The notes beneath the pieces are model-generated. The model saw only the letters and a program-made list of their open reading frames with translations. It had not been told where the DNA came from and did no database searches. Shown piece after piece: positions 28,581 through 45,794 of a stretch of 64,000 bases of DNA. How positions within the stretch are numbered: the first letter of the stretch is position 1; each line of letters starts with the position of its first letter. A program made the translations under genes and the position numbers. This DNA is from Chrysomallon squamiferum (Eukaryota > Animalia > Mollusca), in NCBI GenBank assembly GCA_012295275.1, contig CM022677.1:16554001-16618000 (forward strand), given 5' to 3'.

Positions 28581-30198
28581 GCAGAGAGAGAGAGAGAGAG
28601 AGAGATAATTATTACCTACAACCACAGAGAGTACACAGATCTCTGAATAAATAATTCGGCCTCGATGAAATGCGAGATTTGTGTAGAAAAAAATATTTCT
28701 CACTGATAAGTAAATTTTATTGCTGTGTGATTTAACAAATCGTGAATTTATTTAAGAGTTACAATTTTAATACAACGTTATACAGCACGGCCTAATAGGT
28801 CATAAGTTCATTGCTCTTTGAACGGGTGCGGCTTTCAAAAACCTTTGTGTAAGTTTGATGATTACTGTAGTATTTAATTTGTAAATTTCTTTAAAAAAAT
28901 GTTTGATGATTTTTATCTATTATTGTTGTTGTTGTTGTTGTTAATATCTTTTTCTGTGCAGTTTCATTTCTGAATCAGGAAATCAAAAAAATACTATCCT
29001 TCTAAAATAACATGCTCCTACTTCATCATCATCATCATCATTTTCTTCTTCTTCGTCTTCTTTTTGACGTCGTTATTATTAATAGTTTCTGTTTTGAATC
29101 AGATATTTTTAATTTACGTTTCTTTTATTTCTTCAACTTCTTCTTCTTCTTTTTCTTCTTCTTATTCTTCTTATTATTATTATTATTATTATTGTTGTTA
29201 TAATTATTATTATTTTCATTATTATTATTGTTGTTGTTGTTGTTCTTTGTTGTTATTTCATTATGGTTGTTGTTATTATTGCTGTTCTGGTTCTGTTATT
29301 CTTTCTTACGATTATTGCCTTTTTTTTCTTTTTCTAAATTTCTTTTTAAAATTTTGATTATTTATTTGTTATGATTAGTATTATTGTTGTTGTTGTTGTT
29401 ACTGTTGTTGTTAATATTTTTGTTTTATTTATTATTCTTTCTTCTATTTATTAAAACTTCTTTGATGATTATATTTATAATAATAATAATAACAATAATA
29501 ATAATAATAATTGTTGTTTTTGTTGTTATTGTTATTATTGTTTTTATTATTATTATTATTGTTGTTGTTGTTATTATTATTATTATTATTACTACAGCTA
29601 CGACAATTACACCAAAACACCAACAACCACTACTTATTTATTTATTTACATATTTATTTTTGAAACAGCTGAGATTAGTAACATCTGCTACGCTACTATA
29701 ACAATAAAAACTACAAGACAATTATTTTTTTATTGTCGGATAATATTCTGAATGATGTGTATTGGTGTTCCAGTTTATCTTCGCTGTATAATCAATTTTA
29801 CGACCTTCATCAATAACATGAAGATTAAAGGAATGAATAAATTTTAAAAAAAAAGAGAAAGAAAACAATATTTGGTAAGGAAGAAACAGCTGTCGGAAGC
29901 TCAACAACAAAGCCAACGACGTCAACAACAACAGTAATAGCTGTAGCAACATTAGTATAGAAGTAGTAGTACTAACAGTAGTAGTAGTAGTAGCAACAGT
30001 AGTAAAAGTAATCATATTACTGCTACTGCTACTACTACTGCTACTACTACTACTACTACTAATAGTTACTGTTAGTATTGGAAGTAGTAGTTGTTATGGT
30101 AAAAGTAGTAGACGTAACACTAGTATTAGAAATGGCAGTTATAGTACGGGTTTTTGTCAACAGTAGTGGTAGTAGTAATAATAGTGGCGGCAGTTGTA

Positions 30199-30331
30199 TA
30201 ACCGTGAGTAATTTATAACCGTGATTAATTTGTAACCGTGATTATTTTATAACCGTGATTAATTTGTAACCGTGATTAACTTGTAACCGTGATTATTTTA
30301 TAACCGTGATTAATTTGTAACCGTGATTATT
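30199..30331. repeat. 17-bp minisatellite, about 8 copies
   Basis: TAACCGTGATTAATTTG with minor variants. Confidence 0.92.
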
Positions 30332-31959
30332 ATTTTGTCTTTGGTTATTATTTTGCTGTATTTCTACTTTGGGGAATGCAGTCTGGGAGCAATGGGGTCC
30401 AGTCTAAATACAAAAATGAAAGAGAGATGAGTCGAGTTCCAAACTGTTTATTTCTGGTCAACCAAATGCGTTGTATTTTACATAGAATATATATCTATAC
30501 ATGTTGCAACAATACAATATGTGTACATAAAATTGATTCATACATATATATTAATTATGCATAAAGGCTGTATGCAGAGGTAACAGTAAATAACTACATT
30601 AGTTAAATTGTGTATATGTTGTTTCAGTGCATATTGCGTTTATGACTGTACATATAGTTACTAACGATTTGTCATATTTGATCAATAAAGTTCATTATAA
30701 AGTTCCTGTGGCACCAACGACCAGTAATAAATAGCATTTTATAACAAAACACAGTACAAAGGTACTTACCTAAATACAAAAATGAAAGAGAGATGAGCCG
30801 AGATCCGAAGTGTTTATTACTGGTCAGCCAAGTCCGTTGTAACTGGACACTGGTCTGTGCGTTATTTAATAGCACTCGGCTCCTATCTTTACATATGTCT
30901 ACAGCGGTGCTAGTGTTAATTGCAGTCGAACTGATACAATTTTAAATAAGTGTATCTCTGTTGTTAGATTGGACGGATTGTAAGTTTGACGACTTTGGCG
31001 ATTATAACTTACGTTATCTAAGTTAAATATATTTTATTTTAATCCGTTTTTCCCCACTATGATCGTAATATTAGCAGCAGTAGTGGTAGCAGTGTTAATT
31101 AGTATTATTAATAATAATTATAGTTATAATAGAATAGTAGTAGTAGCCATTGTAGTTGTAGTAGCGTAATAGTTGTAGTAGTGGTAATAGCTGAAGTTGT
31201 AGAAGTTGAAGTATACTACTCGAGGCATTACTAGTAGTGGTAGTATGACAGTAGTATTAGCTGTAACAGTTATACTTGTGGCAGTCGTAGCAGAAATAGT
31301 AGTAGTAGTGGCAGTTGTAATAGTGTAGTAGTAGTGGTTGGAATAGTAGTGTTATTAGTATATAGTAGTAACGACATGGTAATGATATTAATGGTAGTAT
31401 TTTTAATAGTAAGAGTTGCAGTATAACTCATTTCTATTTTATTCTCTGACGCACGCACAAAAACTTACACACACTGGAATATATACACAGAAATACAAAC
31501 ACAAATATACACCCAAATACTCATAGACATATTCATTGACTTACCATACACATTAAACAAACAAACATATTCTAACAGGAGTTAGAACAGGAAAACGGTT
31601 ATTAATGCAGTTAAAAATGATCAATCGATGAACCTTGATCTGAAACAGAGAGTCATTAACCTGAATAAGTCAAATAAAAAAAAATAAAATGAATGAATAA
31701 ATCAATGAATGAATGAATGAATAAATAAATAAATAAATAAAATAAATAAATAAGTACATAAATGAATGAATAAATGAATGAATGAATAAAAATAAATAAA
31801 TAAATAAATACATAAATAAATAAAAAAAAAAATAAAGAAAAAAAAAAAAAAGAAAAGTAAAAAAAAAAAAAATAAAATAAAAAAAAAAATAAAAAAAAAA
31901 AAAAAAAATAATAATAATAAAATAAAATAAAATAAAATAAAACAAACAAATAAACAGAA

Positions 31960-32280
31960 TAAAATAGCGCACTCTTAACCTTTTCGCTTGCAAAACTTTG
32001 CTCTATCGATCACGCTCGTCTGTCTTTCTGTTAGCGAATCCACGTATAAATAACGACCGTAACAATAAAACGATAAACAAACACAACGTCGACAGATGTC
32101 AGTTCTTCAAACAACAGCGCCCACGACTTCGTGAACGAGCGTGCGAGCAAAGATGTCGCCAGATGATCGACCTGTGACGTAGAACACAAAAATAGACTGA
32201 CCTTGCGCGTCAGGCGCAGAATCGTGGTCAAAAGGTTAAAACTTCCGATCGTGGCAAATAATAAATGAACTCGCCATTTA
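31960..32280. promoter_or_regulatory. CpG-island-like candidate promoter
   Basis: Dense CpG patch with TGACGTA, ACTTCCG and GCGCGTCAGGCGCA. Minus-strand donors G|GTAAGT lie downstream at ~31544 and 30770. Confidence 0.4.
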
Positions 32281-32430
32281 ATTATTAAAATCACTTTTTG
32301 TAGAATTTATATCAGATTCTTTTTTTTTTTTTAAATAATTAGGTTTAGTGGGTGAACAAAATATATGTTCAGTGCAGCCGAACTGGTTTATGTGTAATAG
32401 TATTGTGAATAAAGGCTCTGAAAATGAGTA

Positions 32431-33045
32431 CAGTGGAACCTTGACTTACGAGTGCACGAATTTACGACTTTTCCGTTACGAGTGCACCGATTTACGACTT
32501 TTCCGAGTGTTTTTTTTTTTTTTTTTTTTTTTTTTCTAACCATGGGATCATAATAAAGTGAGTGCAAAGAGAAGAAGAAGTGGATGATGTCGATTGAACT
32601 AAAGCATGAAATCACAGAAAGACATGAGCGAGGTGTGTATGTAGTCGACTTGGCTAGGCAGTAATAACGTAGTACTTCTACGATATGTTCCAAACAAACT
32701 CCTCCGTTCTCCTCCGGTCTCCTCCGGTCTCATCCGGTCTCCTCCATCTCCGCCAGCATTTTGAGTTAAACCAAGTTGTCTTAACTAAAAGATAGATACA
32801 CTTTACAAAGCCGATTTATTTCTTTACATTCTTTTTTTTTTTTTTTTTTTTTTTTATACACTATTTGTCATTTATAAATACATTTTTTCTTATTTAAAAA
32901 AACTTTACAAAAAACTGGGGTGTTTTTTTTTTTTGGGGGGGGCTGGAACAGATTAATGGGATGACCATTAATTTCGGTTGAGAAAATTTATTTGATATAC
33001 GACCAACTTGAGTTACGAGCTCGGTCAGTAAATTTACGGCAGATT
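32431..33045 (+). mobile_element. Decayed pogo/Tigger-type DNA transposon (internally deleted)
   Basis: TA followed by a CAGTGGAACCTTGACTTACGA terminus. 32572-32690 reads KKKWMMSIELKHEITERHERGVYVVDLARQ**RSTSTICS, a CENP-B/psq-type N-terminal HTH with stops. The right subterminal region contains GGCTGGAACAGATTAAT...GAGTTACGAGCTCGGTCA. The right TIR is not clearly intact. Confidence 0.8.
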
Positions 33046-33392
33046 AAACGTACTCTGTGATAAAAGCTTTGAAAAAAAAAAAAAAAAAAAAAAAAAAATC
33101 ACATTTAGTTTATATATTTTAGCCTGCTCTAGATTTCCTAAATGATATGAACGAAAAGAACAAACAAATAAACAAATAAATAAAATAAGAAAGAAAGAAA
33201 GAAGCAATAAACGAACAAACAAATAAACTTAACTGCGGAGGTCTTTGTCGGAATAATTACAATGACGTAAACAATAGTTTGACGTCACTATCTTTTTTTC
33301 ATAAAGAAAGCGATAACAAACTTTTGTCAGTTTGCACAGTAGTAGTAATAGTAGTAATGTGTGTGTATGTGTGTACGTATGTGTATATATTG

Positions 33393-33425
<33 letters not shown>

Positions 33426-33805
33426 GTGCCTGTCATTAAAAGTGTTCTGAAGCAGAAGGTCAAAGCTTACACAACTGTTTGATGTTACAGATACACTGCA
33501 GAAGATCAAAGGAATCTGACGTAAATAAAATGTGTAAGTGATACTGTCGTTACTACCGCGTGTAAATTTGATTACAGGTTATCGATTATAGCAATATTAA
33601 TAAACAATACATATGTATGAGATGCGCGTAAGATATAGGTAATAAATACATACAAAAACAACAACATACAAAACAAAGGCAATAGGTGTAGATAAACAGA
33701 CCGATATATATTCATGCATGAATGTATATATATATATATACATACATACATACATATACAGGTGCGCGCACACACACACATACATACTAACATATATGCA
33801 TGTGC

Positions 33806-33945
33806 CATACGTTCGAGTCTCGTCAGCGGCATCTGACGGGTTTGTGAGGTCATGATTGGATTTTGTCCTCCTGCGCCAGTGCGTTCCCGAATATTGTCTG
33901 TGTGCAGAGTCTAATCAGACGTACTAAGACAGAGAATATTCAAAT
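33806..33945 (+). mobile_element. tRNA-derived SINE, truncated at the B-box
   Basis: Same core starting at CATACGTTCGAGTC, followed by an (ACAT)n-like tail. Confidence 0.75.
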
Positions 33946-34814
33946 CGTAATACACATACATACATGCAGACATACGTGCATGCACCAACACACACGCAGA
34001 CACTTGTCTGTGTCTATTAAAAATGGAAATATTTTTTCTTCATTTGTCAAGGAATTATTAATTATTATCACGATATTCATCAATTCTTTGTCATTCCTTC
34101 TTTTTATTTTTCCCTTCTTCTTTTCTTTTTTATTATTTGTCTTCGTTTACTCCTCCTTCCTGTTATCTTAATATTATGAAAATGTTCTTCTTAAATAATT
34201 ATTTCCATTTTTCTTCTTCTCCCTCCTTTTTTCTTCATAATTCGTTTTTCTTTTTATTTCTTCTTTTTTTTTATTTCTTATTATTTTTCATTGTTATTAT
34301 TTTATTTAATCTTAATTATTATTTAATATTTCTTCTTCTTTCTTCTTCTTCGTATATTCTTACTATTTCCATTGATCATATTTAATTTTTCTTCTTTTTA
34401 TTTTTCTTCTTGTACCCTGTTATCTTCTTCTTTTTATAACTTATTAATTTCTTCTTATTGTTACTATCATTACTCTTTTTTTCCTTATATATATATACTT
34501 ATTTTTCTTCATCTACATATTTCGTTTTATTCTTCTTCTTCCTAAACATAACTAATATTTACAATCTTCCTCGAAGTAAAGACTGAAAGAAAATAAACCA
34601 TTACCCAATGCAGTTCAGCCTGTAATTTATTTAACTTTAACATCTGTTTCACGTAAGGTATCCAATGACGATATCAAGTAACCAGCTGTCAATCAAACGC
34701 GTTGCTATGGTCGATATTTCATGATATCTTTACAGTTTAAAAAGAAGAGAATTATCTTGGATATCGGCATGAAAACCGTTGTTATTGAATACTGGTGTAC
34801 AGTCGTAATTTCCA

Positions 34815-34920
<106 letters not shown>

Positions 34921-35065
34921 ACTTAAAATAAAAAAACAGATGGTTACTTTAATTTGAATAAGTTTTGATTTAGTTTTTTTACAACCTACAACAATCACAA
35001 AAACAACAAAAGCAGTAACAGCAGCAGCAACAATAAACAACAGCAACAACAAAACGAAAGCTACA

Positions 35066-35168
<103 letters not shown>

Positions 35169-35451
35169 GTGGATTTTTATTTTCTTCATAATATTTCTCG
35201 CTCACTAAAACAGGACAAAAACCTCAAAATAACATTTACAGACAGTACTTAGTTTTTGACATATAATGTCATGATGACTTGCACTGGCGTTTTAACCTTA
35301 ATCCACAAATAAATCCACGTATGGTACAGGTTCGTCTGTTGTTAAACCTCATTGTCACGTCCTTAACAATTCCTGGCTTAATAATTATCTCTCTCTCTCT
35401 CAGGTTGTTGTTAAACCTCATTGTCACGTCCTTAACAATTCCTGGCTTAAT

Positions 35452-35633
<182 letters not shown>

Positions 35634-36527
35634 TTTATTTGCAACGCAATAAGAAAAACGTAGATTCATGGAACAATATCTAGCGTTTAGAAATTTCTAC
35701 CTCTTTTACGCTAACCAAACACAAAATTAAAACAGCAAGTAACTAAATTTCAAACGCTTTCTTCTCTTAGCCTCAGTTTTTCCAGCTGCGACACTGAATT
35801 TACAATAAAACGGTAACACATCTACGAAAATTTGTCAACAGACGGTGTGAAAAAATATATTTCCCTTCGAAAGGTCACGTTCCTTTTTCATTAATCTAAG
35901 CTGTTGATTTTTTCTGGAAAATTTATCCCCCTTTTTATTTTTGATAGCTTTGACGTGTATAATTTAGCGCATTTAAATTTCTTTTAACTACTGAACATTA
36001 TTTATGATAGCAACGATAGTTTCATACCAGGCTGCTTAACCCGATTTCGTTACGTTTAATCGATACGGATATTAATGCAGTGACATGACATTCTCGTCCC
36101 AAAAGTCACGATGTTATGGTGCATGACACAGGTCACATAATGTCAAAGTCATTACATTGTGACTCAAGTTCTTTTTCATAGACAAAGGTATGATAGTTTG
36201 ATAATCGATGCGATTATAGTGATTAACGTTTACGATAACTTGATATCTTGATATTACGATATTTTGATAAACGATACGAAATACTGACGTAAATTACGAC
36301 ATCATGATACACTTTACGATCTTGTGACAGTCATTACTGTAGTCTGATAAATGTGGTCTTGTATTGATGAAGTAAACGATAATCGTTGTAACATCTCGAT
36401 ATATTTATAAAAGTTATGAAAAAAACAACAACAAAAAAAACCGATAATAACAATAAAAAGTAGAAGAAAACTACAACAAGAACGTAATAAAAAATAAAGT
36501 TCTCACAATTTTCATCAGGTTCGTATT

Positions 36528-36558
<31 letters not shown>

Positions 36559-36639
36559 TTTTTCAGACAATCTCTGGAGTGGGTACCCCATGTATAAATA
36601 AATCAACCTGTGTACATATGACCGGATCGTTTTTGTATA

Positions 36640-36678
<39 letters not shown>

Positions 36679-37759
36679 GCGCACTCTCTCTCACACCCAC
36701 ACACAAAGACATACAGACAATCTAAACATAAACTTAAGTTCACACAGTGTGAATATTTTCTTAACTAGACATATCATGTTTTCGAACTGTTTGTATAAAC
36801 GTCGTGTTTGTGTTTTTTTATTTATTGTCTCAATATTATTATTTATGTTTTAAAATTCTGGAGTAGATTTATGTTAACTTGAAAAAAAAAAAAAACGCGA
36901 TAATACATTAAAAATTAAAAGTATGAGACCTGGTGTGAAAAATGAACGAAAAAAAAAAATGGCGTTTAAAATAAACAATTAAACATATATATTTCTTTTT
37001 CTTTACATATATTTTATGTCATTTGTTTACATTGTTTTCATCACTCACATAATTGCATTACTTATTATACACCTGCTATATGTCTTTAAGTTTAAATTGT
37101 AGGGTTAATGTTTATAATTCGCGATTTCCAGAACTCTAGCATTTTCGATTCCGTGTTTTACCTCTGTTAGTCCCCTAAATCGAGAATCAACGGTATTCCC
37201 AAATATTTCAAATTTTTATCATATTTCAGAAGAACGGAACAACAAATTTTAATCTTTCAAATTTAATAACTCGTAAATTACACGCAACAGGTTGGTTGCG
37301 ATAAATCGCATTGTATGAACAAACCTTTAATTGCATTTGTGCGGAGATTAAGAGCGTTTATGTTGTCGACTTCTGCATACCAGCATGGTCTGATAATAGC
37401 ATTTAGTTTTCAGTAAAGAAAGAGTTTGACACATGCTTCATAATCTTTCCTTTAGAAGAGATGTTAATATTCCAAGATTTTCGTTTCTTATGTATCAGTT
37501 ATTGTTTGCTTAAACCCATTAGCAGTACATTTGGTAACCGGAGAAATTTTTTCTAACGCAGACAAATCAATTTATGGGAGTTAGTCAACCTCCCTGCTTG
37601 AGAAACGATTTCATTTATATTTTATTTTATTTATATTTTGACTTTTTATCTTTTATTATTATTTTATTTTAATTTGTTTTTATATTTTATATTTGATTTG
37701 ATTTCATTTGATTTATTTTCATTTTTATTTCATTTTTTTTTGTGTTATTTTATTTTATC

Positions 37760-37848
<89 letters not shown>

Positions 37849-37905
37849 GTGGTTAATAAACACAGATTACGCAGAATTAGAGATGACAGAGTGGTTAATA
37901 AACAC

Positions 37906-37990
<85 letters not shown>

Positions 37991-38468
37991 CAGACAAACA
38001 GAGATAGAGAGAGTTAGAGGGAGAGGGAAAGAAAGAGTGACAAAGACAGACAAACAGACGCACAGACACATACAGATAAATCCAGATATGTTAGTAGACT
38101 GACAGACATACAGACATGCACCAGAGCGATACAAACGGACAGGTACACAAAAACACACACACAGATATAAAGATACCTACAAGAAAACCAAAAAAACCCA
38201 AACTATACGCAGAAGACAGAATGAAAGAGAGAAGGAAAGTAACAGAGACAGAACGAAAGAGAAGAAATTACAATCAGATATTGATTCTGGTACGTTGAAA
38301 AGTTTTTTTTTTTTTTTATTTTTTATTTTTTAAGCAGCTGACAGCGTACACTTACATTTAAATCAACATAAACTGATATTTGAAACTGACCCTTCATCAA
38401 CAACTGTACGAAATTCAACAGACGTTTCGTTAATTATAATGGATGTGAAACACGCACACACACACACA

Positions 38469-38510
<42 letters not shown>

Positions 38511-38556
38511 AACATGCACACGCACAGATACATAGAGTGAGAGACAGAAATGAGGG

Positions 38557-38591
<35 letters not shown>

Positions 38592-38734
38592 AACATACTG
38601 ACAGACAAATTATAAACAGTAATAAAGGGATGCATCGATAGATACATAAATAAATAGGTAAACAGACAATTAAACTTTATAATAATAATGATAATAACAA
38701 TATTATCATCATCATCATCGTCATCATCATTATT

Positions 38735-38772
<38 letters not shown>

Positions 38773-39228
38773 TATTATTATTTGTTGTTGTTATAGTAGT
38801 TATATCATGCACAGTATTAGTATTAGCATTATAATGGTATTATATATATGGTTGTTGTTGTTGTTGTTGTTGTTGTTGTTACTGTTTAATAATATCATTC
38901 TTTAACAGCATAGGATCACTGCTGCGTCACATATGTTATCAACGATTCTTTCTAGAAAATTCTGTTATCGACTTATGGCATCTATGTAAGAAAATTCATT
39001 AATTTTGCATAATTAGTTCAGCATATGTTGGTTCGCGAAACATTCTATTTCAGTGCGAACGACCTCTGCAAACAGTTTGAGATTATTACTTGGTCTGTAT
39101 CCGTAAACCAGATTAAGAACATTAATTTTTGAATCTGAGAGGTAGAGGGTTCAAATCATGGTTGATGATCCTTTTTTTTTTTTTTTCTGAATTGATTTTA
39201 TATTTCCAAGTGCCTTATCTTTACTCAC

Positions 39229-39313
<85 letters not shown>

Positions 39314-39582
39314 AAATAATAACAATAACTGATACAATATTTATTAAAACGCTACAACCACTACTACTACTGCTGCTGCTGCTGCCACTACTGCAACTAC
39401 TATTACATTTACTAATATACTAATACACTACCATTGTTACTACTTCATATTAATAATATATATATATATATATATATATTACTACATTACAGTTACTATT
39501 ATTACTACAACTACCTGTACCAATACTACTAAAAATAAAAAAAAAAAAGAAGTAAATAAATAAAAATAAAAAACAAAAAGCA

Positions 39583-39613
<31 letters not shown>

Positions 39614-39932
39614 GTAAACCAACAAACAAACAAACATAAATAAATAAATAAATAAGTAAACACACAAACATGTATAAATAAATAAATAAATAAACTTAAC
39701 TGCGAACGCCTTTCATTTCATGTCCGTGTCGGAACAATTACGATGACGTAAACAATAGTTTGACGTCACTACCTTGTCCCATAATCAAAGGCGGAAATAA
39801 ACGTTCGCAAGTTAGCGGTAGAAACAGAAACAGCGAGTATTTTGCTATTCGTTTTCCTTGTACGTCATAACACTCAACAATGTTTCAATAACCATCTTTT
39901 TTCTTTTTTTTTTTTTTTTTTTTTGTTTCTAC

Positions 39933-39983
<51 letters not shown>

Positions 39984-40290
39984 ATATTATGCAATAATTA
40001 TTTATTACATATTTATTATTGTAGATGCAGTACGGTATATTTGTTTAGGTAAGTTACGAAAACAGTGTATCTGGAAACAATCAGATTATTATTTTATTAA
40101 TACCTCTTTAAATGTCTTTCCGTTATTTTCATGGTACGCATTAATGACGTATTTTTATTTTTATTTATTTATTTTATTTTGAGATATTAAGATTTATAAT
40201 AATAATAATAATAAAACAAATAAATACAAAATCAATGAATAATAACATAAAACAAATAAATACAAAATCACTGAATAACGCTGTTAGGCA

Positions 40291-40326
<36 letters not shown>

Positions 40327-40376
40327 AAATATGATTGATAGACATATACACAGATAGACAGACAGACATAAACATA

Positions 40377-40414
<38 letters not shown>

Positions 40415-40420
40415 CTTTAC

Positions 40421-40948
40421 CTGCTTTCATCGGAAAGACTAATTCATCTGAAACAGAACGTGAGTCAACAGCTGACGACAAGAAAATGAACAGTTTCGCT
40501 ATTAGTGTTATCATACAAAAGAAGTTTCGACTCAGTAATGAAATTTAATTGAACAAAATCCAAGATTGCTGCAAACGCACGTGACAGCTGCTCGCATTTG
40601 CGCGTGCAGCCTCGTTTTGACGGCGCTATTATTGGTTTCTGTCGCAGCCTATTTTAAGAAACGGACACGAAGTTCTCGACAGTTTCGCGTCACCCCATTT
40701 TGACGTGTTGCTTTATATCGTACGGAATTTATTTAAACTCAGAAAAAGGATTAAGGATTTTTATCGCAGATACTTTGAAAACTAAGAGTTGTAACTTGTG
40801 CAGGTAGAAATATATGAACAATTAATATTTTTAGCTTGAGTTTGAGAAACACAAACATCAGCCATTAAAAAACCCATCGTCAACTGAGATTGCCTGACCT
40901 TTGTTCTTAGTGACGTCAAACGCTAGCAGACGTAATCGTTATATTTAG
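40421..40948. promoter_or_regulatory. CpG-rich candidate bidirectional promoter with outward-facing splice donors
   Basis: E-box GCACGTGAC, ATTGG (CCAAT) and TGACGT sites. Minus-strand donor GCAG|GTAAAG at 40421; plus-strand donors CAG|GTAGAA (40803) and TAG|GTAAGT (40948). Confidence 0.45.
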
Positions 40949-41011
40949 GTAAGTGAGAGAAAAAAATATATTTTATTTTATTTTATTTTGTTTTATTTTA
41001 TTACTACTATA

Positions 41012-41074
<63 letters not shown>

Positions 41075-41367
41075 ACTACTGTTATTATAATTGTTTCTTA
41101 ATACTACTACTACTATTAATAATATATATATTTATTTATTTTTTTTTTCTCAGTTTATTTTTTCAGTTGTTCATGTTAATTTTATCACATATTTAGGTTT
41201 TTTCTCCTGTGATCGTTATCGTTTTTCAGAAATTTGTTACTCATTTTTCATATTTCACTTATCATTTCGTCAGTTTCCATCCCCTGTTTTTATTTATTTA
41301 TTTATTTATTTCCAGTTATCATTATCATTATTACCGAAATTGTTATTGTTATTAACATATCATCTTT

Positions 41368-41431
<64 letters not shown>

Positions 41432-41819
41432 GTAATAATAATAATAATAATACCAAACAACAACAATAAAAATGAGAGAAACAGATATTTGTAAATCATC
41501 ATCATTTACTTTTCCTTACTTGAAATATGCGTTTTGCAGTTGCAGCTGTTGAAGTCGTTGTTACGGTCTGTTCTTTATTTTTAGTTGTGTACATTATTGT
41601 GTTATTTTATTTAACTTTAATTGATCGTTTGGGGGGGGGTGCTGTTTTTGTGTTTCTTCTCTTTTTTTTTTCTTCTTTTGTTTAAATATTGTTTTCTTTT
41701 CTTTTATTTCATTTTCTTTTATAATTTTGTAAATATTATGTTACACACACAGCGCACACACACACACACACACACATATAATTTGTTTTTCTTTTTCTGT
41801 CTGTTTTTTCTCATCCCCA

Positions 41820-41910
<91 letters not shown>

Positions 41911-42495
41911 AAATCAACAAGGACATCATTTTGTTTCGTTACACAGAACAAATATTAAATGAAATAACAATAATAACACAAATCATAAAACTGACATTTT
42001 ATATAGCGCAATTTTTCATTAATAAAGTTAAAATGCGGTGAAATGACACAATCGAAATTTAAAATCTAAAATATTGAGGATTAATGACACTAAAGTGAAT
42101 ACCATCCGATACATAAAGGCAGAGGAAATAATAATAAAAATAACACAAAAGCACAATACATTCAAAAACAACGAAAATAAAACATAAATAAGTAGACAAG
42201 TAGGTAGTTAAAAAAAGATAATAATAATTTTTTTTTTAAAATAACAACAAACAAAACAACAAAATAAGTAAATAAACAAAATGATTGCATAAAATACATA
42301 AAATGAATGAATAAATGAATAATTTAAAATAAAAGTCAAAAAAAATTCTATTACTACTACTACTACTACTAGTACAACTACCACTACGACTTCTACCACT
42401 ACAACTACTATTTCTATTATTACTACAGCAATTACAATAAATACATAAATAAATAAAATTAATAATTAAAAATAAAATAAAATAAAAATATTATT

Positions 42496-42589
<94 letters not shown>

Positions 42590-42642
42590 AAATACTTTTT
42601 TCAGCAAAAGGACATAATTTTATTTCTTTACATAGAACAAAT

Positions 42643-42687
<45 letters not shown>

Positions 42688-43099
42688 AAAGAAGAAAAAA
42701 ACCCAGTTATTATTAAATAACAACGCTTTATTGAGTGTTCGGAGATATGTTGCTATGAATATGAATCAAGGAAACCTGTTGCAAAGCAGATATTTCGTGG
42801 ACACACAAGTACAGCGACATAGTTTCTCATTCGCCGGTAACCAGCCGTCATTTTTCCGATAACTTAGATCCCGGCCATTTAAACTGATACTTTGGGTCAA
42901 TATTTATATATTTTTTTTACCAGTAAATCAAGGTATTTTAGGCCTGAGAAAAGAACCTCGGATTAAAACGGCCCCATCAGCCTAATGGTTCCTTTTGGGC
43001 TTAGTGGTTTCCGCAAAGGACTTAATGGTAAGGATGATTAACGGCAAAACAGATGTCGTTGAAATACGTTTTTTTCGGTGTGTCAGTTTGTTAACGATC

Positions 43100-44270
<1,171 letters not shown>

Positions 44271-44672
44271 CATAACGGTTTCAGGTGAAAATAGGTGACG
44301 GAATTAGAAACAGAAATATTAGTACACGCTTGTGCACCTAAATATACAAGGATGGAGACATCAGAAGAAGAAGAAGAAGAAGAAGAAGAAGAAGAAGAAG
44401 AAGAAGAATGAAGAAGAAGGCGAAGAAAAAAGAGACAAAGAAGAGTTTAGAAAAAGGAATTTTCTAAACGATAACACTATCAATGATGACTGCATTAAAA
44501 ACGACGACGACAAAAAACAACACGACTACAACGTAACAAAGCCAGCAAGAACATCATATTAACAATTACAACGACGACAACAACAATAATCATCGCGACA
44601 ACACGATAACATTAACGTGGACAAAATGACAACAACCGAAACTGTATGAGCAATAACCTCAAAAATGACAGT

Positions 44673-44786
<114 letters not shown>

Positions 44787-45517
44787 AATAAATAAATAAT
44801 ACGATATAGATCGCGTTCACACATATACACACACGCACATATATGTATACATACACACACATACATACATATGTGAATGCAGTGCAAAGTTCTTTCAGTT
44901 TAATATAAATAAATGATGGCAGAAATATTACGTCAAAATCTGTAAGTTCATATTTCAAAGATTAGGAAAATAAATGTGAATAAATAAAAAATAAATAAAT
45001 AATAAAAGATACTAGTAATATCAAAAATTATATAAAAAGTAAATAAAAAAAAAAAATATCTATAAAATTATATGGAACTATAAATACTTTTGGCAAAAGC
45101 TCTAATATCAAATTCAGTACGATTATTTTACTTCGCTCTTCTTAACACAGTGCATTTTAAGGACAAAAAAAAAAAAAGAAGTAATAAATACAAGTTCATA
45201 GAGTTTAATATCCCTACATTTGTATTCTACTTGTTGCACTTAAAAGACAACAACGACAGCTACAACATCATGTGAACGTCAACACTCCATTACATACTAA
45301 AAAATAAACATTTTTAAATAATAATTTTTTTTTTTTTTATATAAATGTTTTTTATATATATATATATGATAATTAAGAAAAAATTCATTTCATATATCTT
45401 CGTTAGAGTTAGAAAATAAATGTTTGGAGTTATTTTAAAACTAACGTTTTATCAAAATTCAGATTTTTTTATTTTATTATTGTAATCTGAAACTGCCCAG
45501 TCTGAATAGATATAGAT

Positions 45518-45568
<51 letters not shown>

Positions 45569-45794
45569 TATGTGTGTGTATATGATTGTATGTCTATATC
45601 TATGTGCTTGTTTTGGGGGGTTTTAGTTTATTTTTGTATGTTTTTGAATTATATTGTTATTATCATTTTGTAAATGAAAGTACATATTTTTTAATTTAAT
45701 TTAATTTATTAATTTTTGTGTGTTTTGAATTATATTGTTATCATTTTTTTTAAAGTGTATTTATTTTATTTTGTTTTGTTTTATTTATTACTAA

